Part shown: piece after piece, positions 1 through 12,689 of the stretch
How positions within the stretch are numbered: position 1 is the first letter of the stretch
How the letters are laid out: each line of letters opens with the position of its first letter
Assembly: GCA_041649475.1 (NCBI GenBank)
Contig: JBAZNA010000001.1
Location: 456,612-520,611, forward strand
Direction: 5' to 3'
DNA from: Patescibacteria group bacterium
GTDB taxonomy: Bacteria > Patescibacteriota > Patescibacteriia > Magasanikbacterales > GWA2-37-8
Length of the DNA: 64,000 bases
The notes under the pieces: generated by a model
Told to the model about the DNA's origin: nothing
Database searches by the model: none
The model's input: the letters and a program-made list of their open reading frames with translations, nothing else
Translations under genes and position numbers: made by a program

Positions 1-41
1 CCTGTCACCGTCGGGAATCAGCCAGTAAGTAGTTAAAGATT

Positions 42-72
42 AAAAAACTTCCCCTTTTTGGGGAGGTTTTTT
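42..72 (+). terminator. Intrinsic terminator-like hairpin after an upstream gene that ends near position 36
   Basis: aaaaaacttcccc-ttttt-ggggaggtttttt inverted repeat with T tail. Confidence 0.7.
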
Positions 73-127
73 AGTTGTTTTAATTAAAGGATTTATGGTA
101 TAATAACGCCATATTAATAGCGGCTAT

Positions 128-3015
<2,888 letters not shown>

Positions 3016-3034
3016 TATAATTATAGGCACTTAT

Positions 3035-5971
3035 ATGCAGTTCATCCGCTGGTTTAAAGATTTAACTATAAAAGACATACCTTCTGTGGGAGGGAAAAAT
3101 GCATCTCTAGGAGAGATGTACTCTCGGCTTGCTTCCAAAGGCGTGCCGGTGCCAAACGGTTTTGCCCTGACGGCCGACGCGTACTGGGCTTTTCTTCGTG
3201 AAAACAAATTGGATAAAAAAATTAAAGATGTTTTGAAAGATTTGGATAAAAGAAATATGCGGGCGCTCTCCGCGGCCGGAACAAAGGTGCGGAACATGAT
3301 TTTAGCGGCCCAGTTTCCTACAGAAATTAAAAAAGAAATAGAGAAAGCGTATAAAGATTTATGCAAGTTTGCCAAGCGGGCCAATGTTGATGTGGCGGTT
3401 AGAAGCAGCGCCACGGCCGAGGACTTGCCTGATGCCAGTTTCGCCGGTCAGCAGGAAACATATTTGAATGTGCGCGGCGCAGCCGAGCTTATGATCGCGG
3501 CCAAGAAATGTATTTCTTCGCTTTTTACCGATCGGGCAATCTCATACCGTGAAGATAAGGGTTTTGATCACATGGTGGTGGCATTGTCGGTTGGCGTGCA
3601 GGAAATGATCCGTTCTGACGTCGGTCAAAGCGGGGTAATGTTTACTTTAGACACTGAATCGGGTTTCAAAGGCGTGGTTCTCATAAACGCGGCTTACGGC
3701 TTGGGTGAGTATGTGGTCAAGGGCCGGGTAAATCCGGATCAGTATTATGTTTTTAAAGAAGGAATGAAAGCCGGATATAAAGCAATCATGAGCCGCCGAC
3801 TGGGATCAAAAGAAGTGAAACTCATTTACGAAAAAAATGGCGGTACTAAACAGGAAAAAGTGAAAATGGCAGACCAGAAAAAATATTGTTTAAAAGACGA
3901 AGAGGTTTTGCAGTTGGCCAAGTGGGGTGTGATTATTGAAGAGCATTATGATCATCCGATGGACATTGAATGGGCCAAGGATGGCCAGACCGGAAAATTA
4001 TTTATCGTGCAGGCGCGTTCGGAAACAGTGCGCTCCCGGGCGAATATAAATGTCATTGAACAATATAAATTAAAAACAAAAGGAAAAATTTTGCTGACCG
4101 GCTTAAGCATCGGTCAGAAAATCGGGCAGGGGAGAGCGCGGGTGATAAATTCTCCCAAACAGATGAAACAATTCAAGCCCGGCGAGGTTTTGGTGACCAA
4201 AATTACCGATCCTGATTGGGAGCCGATAATGCGCATAGCCAGCGCGATTATTACTGAACAGGGCGGAAAAACTTCGCATGCGGCGATTGTCAGCCGCGAA
4301 CTGGGCACGCCGTGTATTGTGGGCGTAAACAAAGCCAGACAGGTTGTAAAAAACGGCGATGAAATCACGGTGTCTTGTGCTGAAGGCGAGGTCGGTTATG
4401 TGTATAAGGGACTGCTGCCGTTTGAAGTTCTTAAAACCGAAATTAAAAAAATAGAAAAAACCCGCACAAAAATAATGATGAATGTCGGCGATCCGGATAG
4501 CGCCTTTGCGCTTTCGGCGATTCCTAATGACGGCGTGGGCTTGGCGCGCGAGGAGTTTATTTTCACAAATTTCGTCAAGATTCATCCGCTGGCTTTGGTC
4601 AATTATAAAAAATTAAAAGGGGATGTTAAGAAGCAGGTTGATGAACTGACAATTGGTTATACGGATAAAACCAAATTTTGCGTGGATAAATTGGCCGAGG
4701 GTTTTGCGTTTATCGCGTCGGCTTTTTATCCGCATGACGTGATTTTGCGTTTATCGGATTTTAAAACCAATGAGTATGCGTCTTTAATCGGTGGCACTGA
4801 TTATGAACCGAAGGAAGAAAATCCGATGATTGGCTGGCGTGGCGCTTCGCGGTATTATGATCCAAAATATAAACCCGGGTTTAAACTGGAATGCGAGGCC
4901 ATTAAAAAAATTCGTGAAGAGTGGGGGATGAAAAATGTGATTGTGATGGTGCCTTTCTGCCGGACAGTTAAGGAAGGCAAACAGGTTTTAAAAACAATGA
5001 AAGAGTTCGGGTTGGAGCGCGGCAAAAATGGTTTGAAGGTCTATGTGATGTGCGAGATCCCATCCAATGTAATTTTAGCCAAAGAATATTGTGAAATTTT
5101 TGACGGGTTTAGCATCGGCTCCAATGATTTGACCCAGCTGACTTTGGGCGTGGACAGGGACTCGGCCCTGGTGAGCCATGTCTATGATGAAAAAAATGCG
5201 GCCGTGAAGAAATTGATCAGAGATGTCATTCAAACCGCGCATTTATATAAACGAAAAGTGGGAATTTGCGGTCAGGCGCCGAGTGATTATCCGGAGTTTG
5301 CCGAATTTTTGGTGCAAGAGGGGATTGATAGTATTTCTTTAAATCCGGATACGGTTTTAAAAACCCGTGAACGCATCGCGTCCATGGAGCGTAAAGTGCC
5401 GGTCAAGGCGCCGAGTTTTAGGGTTGCGATGGCCACAAAACTGCTTTTGATTTTTGGTGTGGCCGGGTTGATGACAATTTTGGGCGGTTATACCTGTCAG
5501 AACATAAATAGCGGTATGTATGAAAATCCAAGTTATACAAGCAACGAACTTGATGCGGCCCGAGCCAAAGCCAAGCAGGAGGCATTAAAGCAGGCGCAGG
5601 AAGCGCAGGCGCAGAAGAAAATTGTTTATAAAGAAGATAGTTTTGTAAAATTCAGTTTGTCTTATCCGGCCAATTGGCTGATCAGTCACGGAGCGGATTC
5701 AATAAAATTTTATTCGCCGGACCAAAAAAATTGGTTTACTATTGCGCAAGGCACGGCCGCAAATATTGCCGATGACAAAGTGGTAAAATTGGATTGGCAA
5801 AATTATCCGGCAAAATCTTACACTCTTTCAGCCGATGTTACGCCCGTTTATAAATTTATGGAAGTTTATCCAAAAAGCTACGGAAATACGAATATTATTG
5901 TGTTGAAAGGGAACGGTGAAAGCTTTGACGACATTTTGGCAGGATTTGATAATTTCTTTATCCAGAATTGA
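3035..5971 (+). CDS. ppsA: Phosphoenolpyruvate synthase with an extra C-terminal TM helix and exported-type domain
   Basis: VGGKNASLGEM, VRSSATAED, SFAGQQET, TSHAAIVSRE phospho-His motif, GFSIGSNDLTQ; about 190 extra residues after SLNPD. Confidence 0.93.
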   Translation: MQFIRWFKDLTIKDIPSVGGKNASLGEMYSRLASKGVPVPNGFALTADAYWAFLRENKLDKKIKDVLKDLDKRNMRALSAAGTKVRNMILAAQFPTEIKKEIEKAYKDLCKFAKRANVDVAVRSSATAEDLPDASFAGQQETYLNVRGAAELMIAAKKCISSLFTDRAISYREDKGFDHMVVALSVGVQEMIRSDVGQSGVMFTLDTESGFKGVVLINAAYGLGEYVVKGRVNPDQYYVFKEGMKAGYKAIMSRRLGSKEVKLIYEKNGGTKQEKVKMADQKKYCLKDEEVLQLAKWGVIIEEHYDHPMDIEWAKDGQTGKLFIVQARSETVRSRANINVIEQYKLKTKGKILLTGLSIGQKIGQGRARVINSPKQMKQFKPGEVLVTKITDPDWEPIMRIASAIITEQGGKTSHAAIVSRELGTPCIVGVNKARQVVKNGDEITVSCAEGEVGYVYKGLLPFEVLKTEIKKIEKTRTKIMMNVGDPDSAFALSAIPNDGVGLAREEFIFTNFVKIHPLALVNYKKLKGDVKKQVDELTIGYTDKTKFCVDKLAEGFAFIASAFYPHDVILRLSDFKTNEYASLIGGTDYEPKEENPMIGWRGASRYYDPKYKPGFKLECEAIKKIREEWGMKNVIVMVPFCRTVKEGKQVLKTMKEFGLERGKNGLKVYVMCEIPSNVILAKEYCEIFDGFSIGSNDLTQLTLGVDRDSALVSHVYDEKNAAVKKLIRDVIQTAHLYKRKVGICGQAPSDYPEFAEFLVQEGIDSISLNPDTVLKTRERIASMERKVPVKAPSFRVAMATKLLLIFGVAGLMTILGGYTCQNINSGMYENPSYTSNELDAARAKAKQEALKQAQEAQAQKKIVYKEDSFVKFSLSYPANWLISHGADSIKFYSPDQKNWFTIAQGTAANIADDKVVKLDWQNYPAKSYTLSADVTPVYKFMEVYPKSYGNTNIIVLKGNGESFDDILAGFDNFFIQN

Positions 5972-6037
5972 TCTAGGTAGGAGTATAATATTTTGACCCG
6001 TAAAGGTCGAGGTATTTATCTCCTAAGCTTTTTGTTT

Positions 6038-6310
6038 ATGCAAGAAGTTATTAAAAAACTTAACGAGCATGATAAGCGGTTTGATGAGCATGATGACCAG
6101 CTTGATTTTATAGCCCGAACAGTAGCAGATCACACGGTGCGACTTGAGCGGATTGAAAAGAGATTGGATACAATTGAAAAGGATGTGTCTGCCATCAAGG
6201 CAGATATTCGAGAACTTTCAATTAGATTTGATGAACTTTCACTCAAGTTTGATAAAATTTTGGCGTTGTTTACAAAGAGAGGTCCGGAGTTTGCCGGTTC
6301 TTGGGTATGA
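6038..6310 (+). CDS. Small coiled-coil hypothetical protein
   Basis: Heptad-like EHDKRFDEHD...RLERIEKRLDTIEKDV; ATG at 6038. Confidence 0.7.
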   Translation: MQEVIKKLNEHDKRFDEHDDQLDFIARTVADHTVRLERIEKRLDTIEKDVSAIKADIRELSIRFDELSLKFDKILALFTKRGPEFAGSWV

Positions 6311-6331
6311 TTGAAAAGCAAAATTGAATTG

Positions 6332-6360
6332 TTGACATTTTGTCAGATTTACTATATAAT
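6332..6360 (+). promoter_or_regulatory. sigma70 promoter of tRNA-Asp
   Basis: TTGACA-17 nt-TATAAT. Confidence 0.85.
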
Positions 6361-6386
6361 TTTCTTACGTTTCAACAATTTAATTT

Positions 6387-6461
6387 GGGTCGGTAGATCA
6401 ACTTGGTTAGATCGCTTCCCTGTCACGGAAGAGGTTGCGGGTTCGAGTCCCGTCCGACCCG
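6387..6461 (+). tRNA. tRNA-Asp(GTC), CCA not encoded
   Basis: Acceptor stem GGGTCGG/CCGACCC, anticodon arm CTTCC-CT-GTC-AC-GGAAG, T loop GGTTCGAGTCC. Confidence 0.95.
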
Positions 6462-8081
6462 CATAACGGAACAAACAGCGTCAGCATACGCTGTTTTTGT
6501 TTTGCCTAGCGAAGAATTGGCGGTTGTAGTGAGAGTAATTTCGTTTTTTAGGTCAATAATGAATTGGTACCGTTTTTTGTCTGTGTTAAGCACTAATTTC
6601 TGTTTTAACACCGGGTTGTAGTAGAAAAATTGGAATACCTCGCGTTTCTTCTGTGGGGACAATGCGGGGTACTTAGTTTGTAGGTTACAAGTAAAATTAA
6701 AATACTCAACACACTTGTTGTGCCATTGGAGTTTCCCTTGTTCTGTATCGGCTCGCTTCTGCTGTAATAATTTACGTTCAGCCAGTAGTTCTTTTTGTTT
6801 TTTGGCATAAGCTTCGTCGTTCATCAATGACCCATCCGCATTTGTTGGGGATATCTTGAGTTTTAATAAATTATCCAGCTGTATGTCACAGTTTTGAAGT
6901 GTCCGGTCTTGCTGTAGCCGTACAGCGTCGTATAACCCTGTTTCCTGAACGTTTGCCTTATTAAGCTCTTCGATAGTTAAGCGTAAAAAATCTTCATCAA
7001 TAGCCAGTTTACCAATCTCTGACAGTATTTGTTTTTCTATAACATCCTCGCGCGTATACCCTATGCCTTTACAACGAACACAGCGGTAATAACTGGATCC
7101 TTTCGCAGTCATACCTGATATTATGCCTTGGCACAAATCACAACGTATAAAATTGCTATATGGGTAAAAAGTTGCAGCGCCTACTGGATGGCTGAAACTA
7201 CCCAGTACTTCTTGATTACGTCGGAATAGTTCGCGGCTGATAATCGGACTGTGACGGAATTCATCCGGTAACTCCTCGGGATCTAGAATAACTCCCATCC
7301 AACGGATAGCGCCGTAATAAAAAGGATTTTTTAGGATACGTTCCATTGTGGCCTTACTCAGCATGGTTTTAGAACGAGTGCCGTGTAAACCCCATCCAAA
7401 AGAAGTTTTACACAGATTAACCAGTGTATATTGTCCTGTAGCATTTAGTTCATAAAGTTTGGATATCATGGGCGCTAAAATAGGATCTGGCTCTATTCGT
7501 TTAAGGTGTTGTGTGGATTTTTCTAGTAGCCCCTGTTTTTCGAGGATATATTGTTTTCCCGCGATCTTCCCATCTTTGTCAATATTTAAGTAACCTATGG
7601 GTGCAAAATCTGGATATTCACCTTTGCGGAGCTTGGCTTGGATATCGCGTAGCACAAAATCACTTGTATCATCTGAACTTTTTTTAGCCATCGCAAAATG
7701 TATTTGCATCATGAATTTATCATCGGTGGTGTTGGTCCATAATTTTTCTGGCGTTCTGATTGCTTTAATGATTCCATGATCCATTAAATAGACGATCTTG
7801 CCGCCATCTAAGCTATTACGAGCTAGGCGAGTTAAGTGGTATGTAAGGATGCTATTAGCCTTTCCAGTTTCAATAAGGGCAATCATCTTGTTAAATTCTT
7901 CACGGCCAACTGTATAGGCGCTTTTAGACTCAAAAAGAACAGGGGAGGGTACACTCAGATGTTCGCGATCAACAATATCACCCAATGCTTTTTTCTGGGA
8001 ATCAATTGATAACATTTGCCTGTCTTCGGCTTCTGAAGATTTCCGGCAATATGGTATGAAAGTTAAATTATTTTGTGACAT
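6423..8081 (-). CDS. Large serine recombinase (resolvase + recombinase + zinc-ribbon domains)
   Basis: YCRKSSE catalytic motif, SIDSQ, TRLARN, ILKNPFYYG, CDLC/CVRC, coiled coil; last codons run antisense into the tRNA. Confidence 0.93.
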   Translation of the reverse strand: MSQNNLTFIPYCRKSSEAEDRQMLSIDSQKKALGDIVDREHLSVPSPVLFESKSAYTVGREEFNKMIALIETGKANSILTYHLTRLARNSLDGGKIVYLMDHGIIKAIRTPEKLWTNTTDDKFMMQIHFAMAKKSSDDTSDFVLRDIQAKLRKGEYPDFAPIGYLNIDKDGKIAGKQYILEKQGLLEKSTQHLKRIEPDPILAPMISKLYELNATGQYTLVNLCKTSFGWGLHGTRSKTMLSKATMERILKNPFYYGAIRWMGVILDPEELPDEFRHSPIISRELFRRNQEVLGSFSHPVGAATFYPYSNFIRCDLCQGIISGMTAKGSSYYRCVRCKGIGYTREDVIEKQILSEIGKLAIDEDFLRLTIEELNKANVQETGLYDAVRLQQDRTLQNCDIQLDNLLKLKISPTNADGSLMNDEAYAKKQKELLAERKLLQQKRADTEQGKLQWHNKCVEYFNFTCNLQTKYPALSPQKKREVFQFFYYNPVLKQKLVLNTDKKRYQFIIDLKNEITLTTTANSSLGKTKTAYADAVCSVMRVGRDSNPQPLP

Positions 8082-8091
8082 ATATTTTATT

Positions 8092-8481
8092 TTACCGCTG
8101 ATCACCGTAATATGCAATCTTGACGATATTGATTAGATTAAAGAAGGCATCAAACGCTTCTTGGCGCTCCAACCGTTGTCCATATTTATTTTCATATAGC
8201 GCAATAAATTTTTTAAGTCCTTCTTCGGAAATGGTGTTATTATTATGGGGATCAGCGACTACTTTGGGTGGTTGTGGTGGTTTTGTTTTTGTTAATGCTT
8301 CATCGCTGTCACTGTCCCCGTCATCATCTCCGCTCTTTGTATCCTTTTTTTGCGGCTGCGCATCAGTTTTATTTTTTCTGTTACCGGTTAAGCATGTCCT
8401 TGGTTTTTGCACGGTGATTTTCTTCTTACTCAATTTATTTTTCTTAAATGAGTCTAATATTTCTTTTGGAATTTGTCCCAT
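8092..8481 (-). CDS. Hypothetical protein directly upstream of the recombinase (C-terminal small helical domain)
   Basis: ORF ends ISEEGLKKFIALYENKYGQRLERQEAFDAFFNLINIV; similar segment at the N-terminus of 29220..29801. Confidence 0.65.
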   Translation of the reverse strand: MGQIPKEILDSFKKNKLSKKKITVQKPRTCLTGNRKNKTDAQPQKKDTKSGDDDGDSDSDEALTKTKPPQPPKVVADPHNNNTISEEGLKKFIALYENKYGQRLERQEAFDAFFNLINIVKIAYYGDQR

Positions 8482-8612
8482 ATCATTTTTTTAATAAGTA
8501 AATTTATATCTATCTCCGCCATACCCCCGTGTTATGCGCCTACAAAACCATCAATATAGAACAGTTTGGTAGGCGCAATTGAATCCAATATCTGAATTAC
8601 AATTAATTCAGT

Positions 8613-8783
8613 CTAAGTTTCTATGATGATAGTATGGCATCCATCGCAAACAGCAGTCTGACCTTCCCTAATACTGTCCTCGGTTACAGGTTCCCTTTCC
8701 CCGTTGTGTTTTTCTGCACAGTCTAGGCAATACATTAGGCCGTGTATTACGAAGGCAATAATTTCTTCATTATCAAATATCAT
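8613..8783 (-). CDS. Small CxxC-CxxC protein (56 aa, not in the ORF track)
   Basis: MIFDNEEIIAFVIHGLMYCLDCAEKH...AVCDGCHTIIET*; co-directional with neighbours. Confidence 0.5.
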   Translation of the reverse strand: MIFDNEEIIAFVIHGLMYCLDCAEKHNGEREPVTEDSIREGQTAVCDGCHTIIIET

Positions 8784-8894
8784 ATTATAAAATTAGTAAA
8801 TTAACTTGAACCAACAATTATAATTGTTAAGGAGGGTGTATGAAGAACAAGAAATGTAATTTTTTCATAACTTATAAATTTATTCGGAATTTTT

Positions 8895-10373
8895 TTATCT
8901 TACATCCGGAAAATAATCACCACACCAGCGCATCTCAGTTTCCCCTTTCATATCTAGATGCCGACCTTTTACAGTTGTTTTACCACCATTCTCTTTATTG
9001 TCTCGTCCGGTAAAACTTTTAATTTTTAAATGACTCAATTCATCAATGAAGGTGTTCTTTCCAAAAGGTTTTTTACCACTGCGTTTACACCATATGGTAT
9101 ACAATTGGAATAATCTATTAAGCGAGATAAATTCAGCATCAGGATCATTGGCATGTTCAAAATTTTCTTCTATAAACATAGCTACGGATGATACGTTATT
9201 CTGGTAATCAATCATTGACTCTTCAGTGGCCCGGCACGGAGAAAATGTATAGTCTTTATTGATTAGCCGTCGGGCGCCCTCCATTGCCCAGCTGATAATA
9301 GCCGGCAGCTCTGGGAAAAACTTAGAATCGCGAAAATCCAAGGTTTTAAGTGTTTTATCGGTTTCGTGCGGAAGAAACTTACGTTTAAATGGTATGATTT
9401 TTATCCTTCTCTTGAGCCCATAATCAATTGAATCGAAAGATGGAATGCGATTAGTTGCAAAGATGTGTTTGGTTTTTGGCTTGAAGGAAATTGGATCGAC
9501 AAATTTTATGTCTGCATGTATTCTTGTACCTTCAACCATCGCTTTAAAATTATCCGAGCGTAAGTATTTTGATTGTTCTTCCGAACAGACGTTTAAACGC
9601 CTGAAGCGCAACTCCGATTTAGCAAACGGCGTGGTTGTCAAATTTTCGATTGAATTACTCATGATAAATTCCTCTCCGCCGGCCAACTGCTCCAATACAA
9701 AGAGCAGTGTACTTTTGCCGTTGGCTCCATCACCGACCAGGAAAAACGCTGTGGGTGGTTCGATTATATCTATTAGATAATAGCCGAACATTTCTTGCAC
9801 TAAATTTATGATTTCCGGATCAGGACTGAATTTGCCATCTTCACTTTCCTGCACCAAAATTTGATTAAGGAATTGTTTAAAAATTGGGCAATTTTCTTTT
9901 GGTTGCGGCGCGTGGCAGTTTATGTAGTAGAAAATGAAATCTTCGGGTTTGTAGTCTGCGATTTCAAGAGTCCTCACATTGAGAACTTTTTTATCGCTGA
10001 ACATTATTTGTGATGAATTGAACTCATTTATTAATGGGCACTTGTTTTTTAACCACAAAACTGCATTTTCAAAGGTTGATCTAGTTATTGATGAATTACT
10101 GATAAGATATTCCATCTCCAGTTCACCAGCCAAAAAGTGGTAAATATCTTCTTTGGTTTTGAATGCCGACGTAAAGTACTCATATTTCGGATGGCGAAGG
10201 TAAAAGGCACTATATTCTTTTACGTAGACAAGCTTGTCTTTATGTTTATTAGCGAATCTGGTCATAACTTGTTGTATTGGGGCCGCTTTTACGAAGGTCA
10301 TAAATTTTAGATTAAATATTAATTTGTTACTCCCCCCTTCAAACTTTCTTGCCTTGGCGCTTGTTTTAACCAT
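8895..10373 (-). CDS. Phage/plasmid P4/D5-family SF3 helicase (primase-associated)
   Basis: GDGANGKST Walker A, IFATNRIP, RRIKIIPF, C-terminal winged helix; start may be at 10301. Confidence 0.88.
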   Translation of the reverse strand: MVKTSAKARKFEGGSNKLIFNLKFMTFVKAAPIQQVMTRFANKHKDKLVYVKEYSAFYLRHPKYEYFTSAFKTKEDIYHFLAGELEMEYLISNSSITRSTFENAVLWLKNKCPLINEFNSSQIMFSDKKVLNVRTLEIADYKPEDFIFYYINCHAPQPKENCPIFKQFLNQILVQESEDGKFSPDPEIINLVQEMFGYYLIDIIEPPTAFFLVGDGANGKSTLLFVLEQLAGGEEFIMSNSIENLTTTPFAKSELRFRRLNVCSEEQSKYLRSDNFKAMVEGTRIHADIKFVDPISFKPKTKHIFATNRIPSFDSIDYGLKRRIKIIPFKRKFLPHETDKTLKTLDFRDSKFFPELPAIISWAMEGARRLINKDYTFSPCRATEESMIDYQNNVSSVAMFIEENFEHANDPDAEFISLNRLFQLYTIWCKRSGKKPFGKNTFIDELSHLKIKSFTGRDNKENGGKTTVKGRHLDMKGETEMRWCGDYFPDVR

Positions 10374-10701
10374 CCCAACACAACACTATTGGAGAAAAAA
10401 TTCTTTTTATATAGGTAACAGATTGCATAATAAATATAGTAATTTCCTTTTGAATTAGCGCAAATTCGGTTGTTTTGTTGGCAGTAATAGCAGTAACATT
10501 TTGGTGATCGTGAGGATGGATCAGAAAATGCCGAAACTCACTGGCCTAAATAACAAAACCCACTATTCCGCGAAACAGGTGCGCATATCAACTCGACCTG
10601 TAACTGGAAAAGTGGGTTGTGTTTGATATGCGCTTTTGTCCCCCTCTATAAGTAAGGCTGACATGTCGTTGAGCACTGTTGCGTTGGCTTTATTAAGCAA
10701 A

Positions 10702-10733
10702 AAAATACCCACTGACATATCAGTGGGTATTTT
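10702..10733. terminator. Bidirectional terminator-like palindrome
   Basis: aaaatacccactga-cata-tcagtgggtatttt. Confidence 0.7.
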
Positions 10734-10748
10734 CGTCGTTTATTTTAC

Positions 10749-11633
10749 TCAATCATTTAGGTCGTCTTCATTATTTTCACTTGGATCACCATCTGTTTGA
10801 CTTTTATCATCATTAGCCATATTTTCATTGAATATTTTGTTGTTTTTATATTTATCTGGATCCTTTTCTTGTAATAATGAATCTTCAGGAAGTAGTTTAA
10901 ATTTTACTTTGTATATCTTGCCGGCTACCGTATAGTCTACCAAGGGTTCTTCATCTGTCCCAAACACTTCTTTAAGTTTTTTAACCAAACGTGTCCGTGT
11001 TTGGTCTATAGAATCGTTTGTGGTGTCATAATAAGTTTTCCTTAAGCGCTGGAGAAGTGTTTCTCTATTAGGTTGTTGATTTTGGAGCATGCTCAATGTT
11101 TGCAAAAATAACCACTCTCGTGTGGGCTCTGGTGATGATTTTCTACCAGTAACAAAACCAAGTTGTGTGTATGTCAATTCACGATTTCCCGCACCTTTAG
11201 TAGATACTTTAATTTTGGTGCTGTTCAAGAATTTTATCTGTACATCTTTCCAATCAGTTATTGTAAAAAAATGGTATGGAGATACCCATAGTTTAATATC
11301 TTTTCCAGTTTTAGATATTTGTCTCTGTCTATATTCGTCGTATTCCTTTATCTTCGCAAAATCTATTGCAGCTGCAAAAATCATGTCGGCCTGATTCTCA
11401 TCTGGGTATTCATTATAAATTTCATCATTTTCATCAAGCGGGCGCAAATTTTCTATATAACCTTCGCTTTGTATTTTCTCAAGATGTATATATAAGATTT
11501 CTCGAGTTATCTTTAGAAATTCGATATCTTCTTTGGTGAATATAATAAAATCTATATTTAGACCCCCTGCTCCTTTGGCCTTATATATTAATAAACCCAT
11601 TATTTCAATGGCTTTAAGATCAAAATCCGACAT
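10749..11633 (-). CDS. Hypothetical protein, possible winged-helix regulator
   Basis: 294-aa ORF; C-terminal TRTRLVKKLKEVFG...YKVKF resembles a winged-helix. Confidence 0.6.
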   Translation of the reverse strand: MSDFDLKAIEIMGLLIYKAKGAGGLNIDFIIFTKEDIEFLKITREILYIHLEKIQSEGYIENLRPLDENDEIYNEYPDENQADMIFAAAIDFAKIKEYDEYRQRQISKTGKDIKLWVSPYHFFTITDWKDVQIKFLNSTKIKVSTKGAGNRELTYTQLGFVTGRKSSPEPTREWLFLQTLSMLQNQQPNRETLLQRLRKTYYDTTNDSIDQTRTRLVKKLKEVFGTDEEPLVDYTVAGKIYKVKFKLLPEDSLLQEKDPDKYKNNKIFNENMANDDKSQTDGDPSENNEDDLND

Positions 11634-11786
11634 ATATCATATAATATTTAATATTTTTATCTCCACGGACGTAGTCACCACCCTTTTTTCACAATATACC
11701 ACTATATTACACCATTGGCCAAAAAATCAAAAATCCTCCCGCGCACGAACGGGTTCAGGGCTAAAATAAATATTATGGGAATAATA

Positions 11787-12458
11787 TTAACTATTAATTA
11801 ATTCTTTATTTGCTTCAACAAGATTCTGCCATTTGCAATATCGCCGGGCAAATGCCTGAAAGCGCCTAGTCACATTATTGCCATAGGCTCGATGTCTGAT
11901 ACTTTCTTCACGCTTTATCAGCTTGTTTAGCCAAATGCTTAAAAATGTAACTTTGCCATGCTTTGTATTTTTATTTATCCCGTTGAGTTCGTAGTTGAGC
12001 CCCAAACAGTGGCGGCATACGAAGCTGTACTGCTTCTGGGGGTGTAGAAACAAAACAGAACACCTATACCCGCAAGAGCAAATGAAAAATGGCCGTGCGC
12101 CAAACCCCGCGCTTTGCACACCTAATTCCAAATTTTGGCTTAGCCATAAGCCTCTGTATTGGCACCTTATATCAATATACGCCTCCAGATGTTCTTCTTT
12201 GATATTGTAAAACACCTGTGCCCTGCTAATGGGCCCGTGCTGAATAAAAAATGTTTTTTCCTGCTCTGGTCTATCGGCGTTCGCACGATTGAGGATATGG
12301 CGACCAAAGTGGCCGATCTCCAGCTTTAAGCAGTCTTCAATATGGTATTGGTCTATTCTATGCAGGCGCGGCTTCTTTGGCTGTGTTGTGATGCTGTAAT
12401 TAATTGGTTGATTATCACCATCAACGAAGTCGGGTTCTAAAGGGAAATTATATGTCAT
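11787..12458 (-). CDS. Hypothetical Cys-motif protein of mobile-element type
   Basis: FICSCGYRCSVLF...FVCRHCLGLNY. Confidence 0.7.
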   Translation of the reverse strand: MTYNFPLEPDFVDGDNQPINYSITTQPKKPRLHRIDQYHIEDCLKLEIGHFGRHILNRANADRPEQEKTFFIQHGPISRAQVFYNIKEEHLEAYIDIRCQYRGLWLSQNLELGVQSAGFGARPFFICSCGYRCSVLFLHPQKQYSFVCRHCLGLNYELNGINKNTKHGKVTFLSIWLNKLIKREESIRHRAYGNNVTRRFQAFARRYCKWQNLVEANKELINS

Positions 12459-12689
12459 AAGAAAAGTTTATATTTATATAATATCATAAGTACTTGGCAA
12501 AATAGGGTCCAAAACTCGAAATTTTTGGCGCGGATTTTTTGCAACCGATAAATTTTAACTTGAAATTATTACCTGACAACCCCTGTTTACAAAAAAAAGA
12601 GGCCGTGTTTCCACAGCCGTCGCCCTTCGTAGGACCGAAGGACTTCCCCGCCATCTGACAGACGGGACGTTTGGAAGGAGCGTGAGGAG

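Noticed and set aside
6403-6621. 72-aa plus-strand ORF
   Set aside because: Overlaps tRNA-Asp and is antisense to the recombinase
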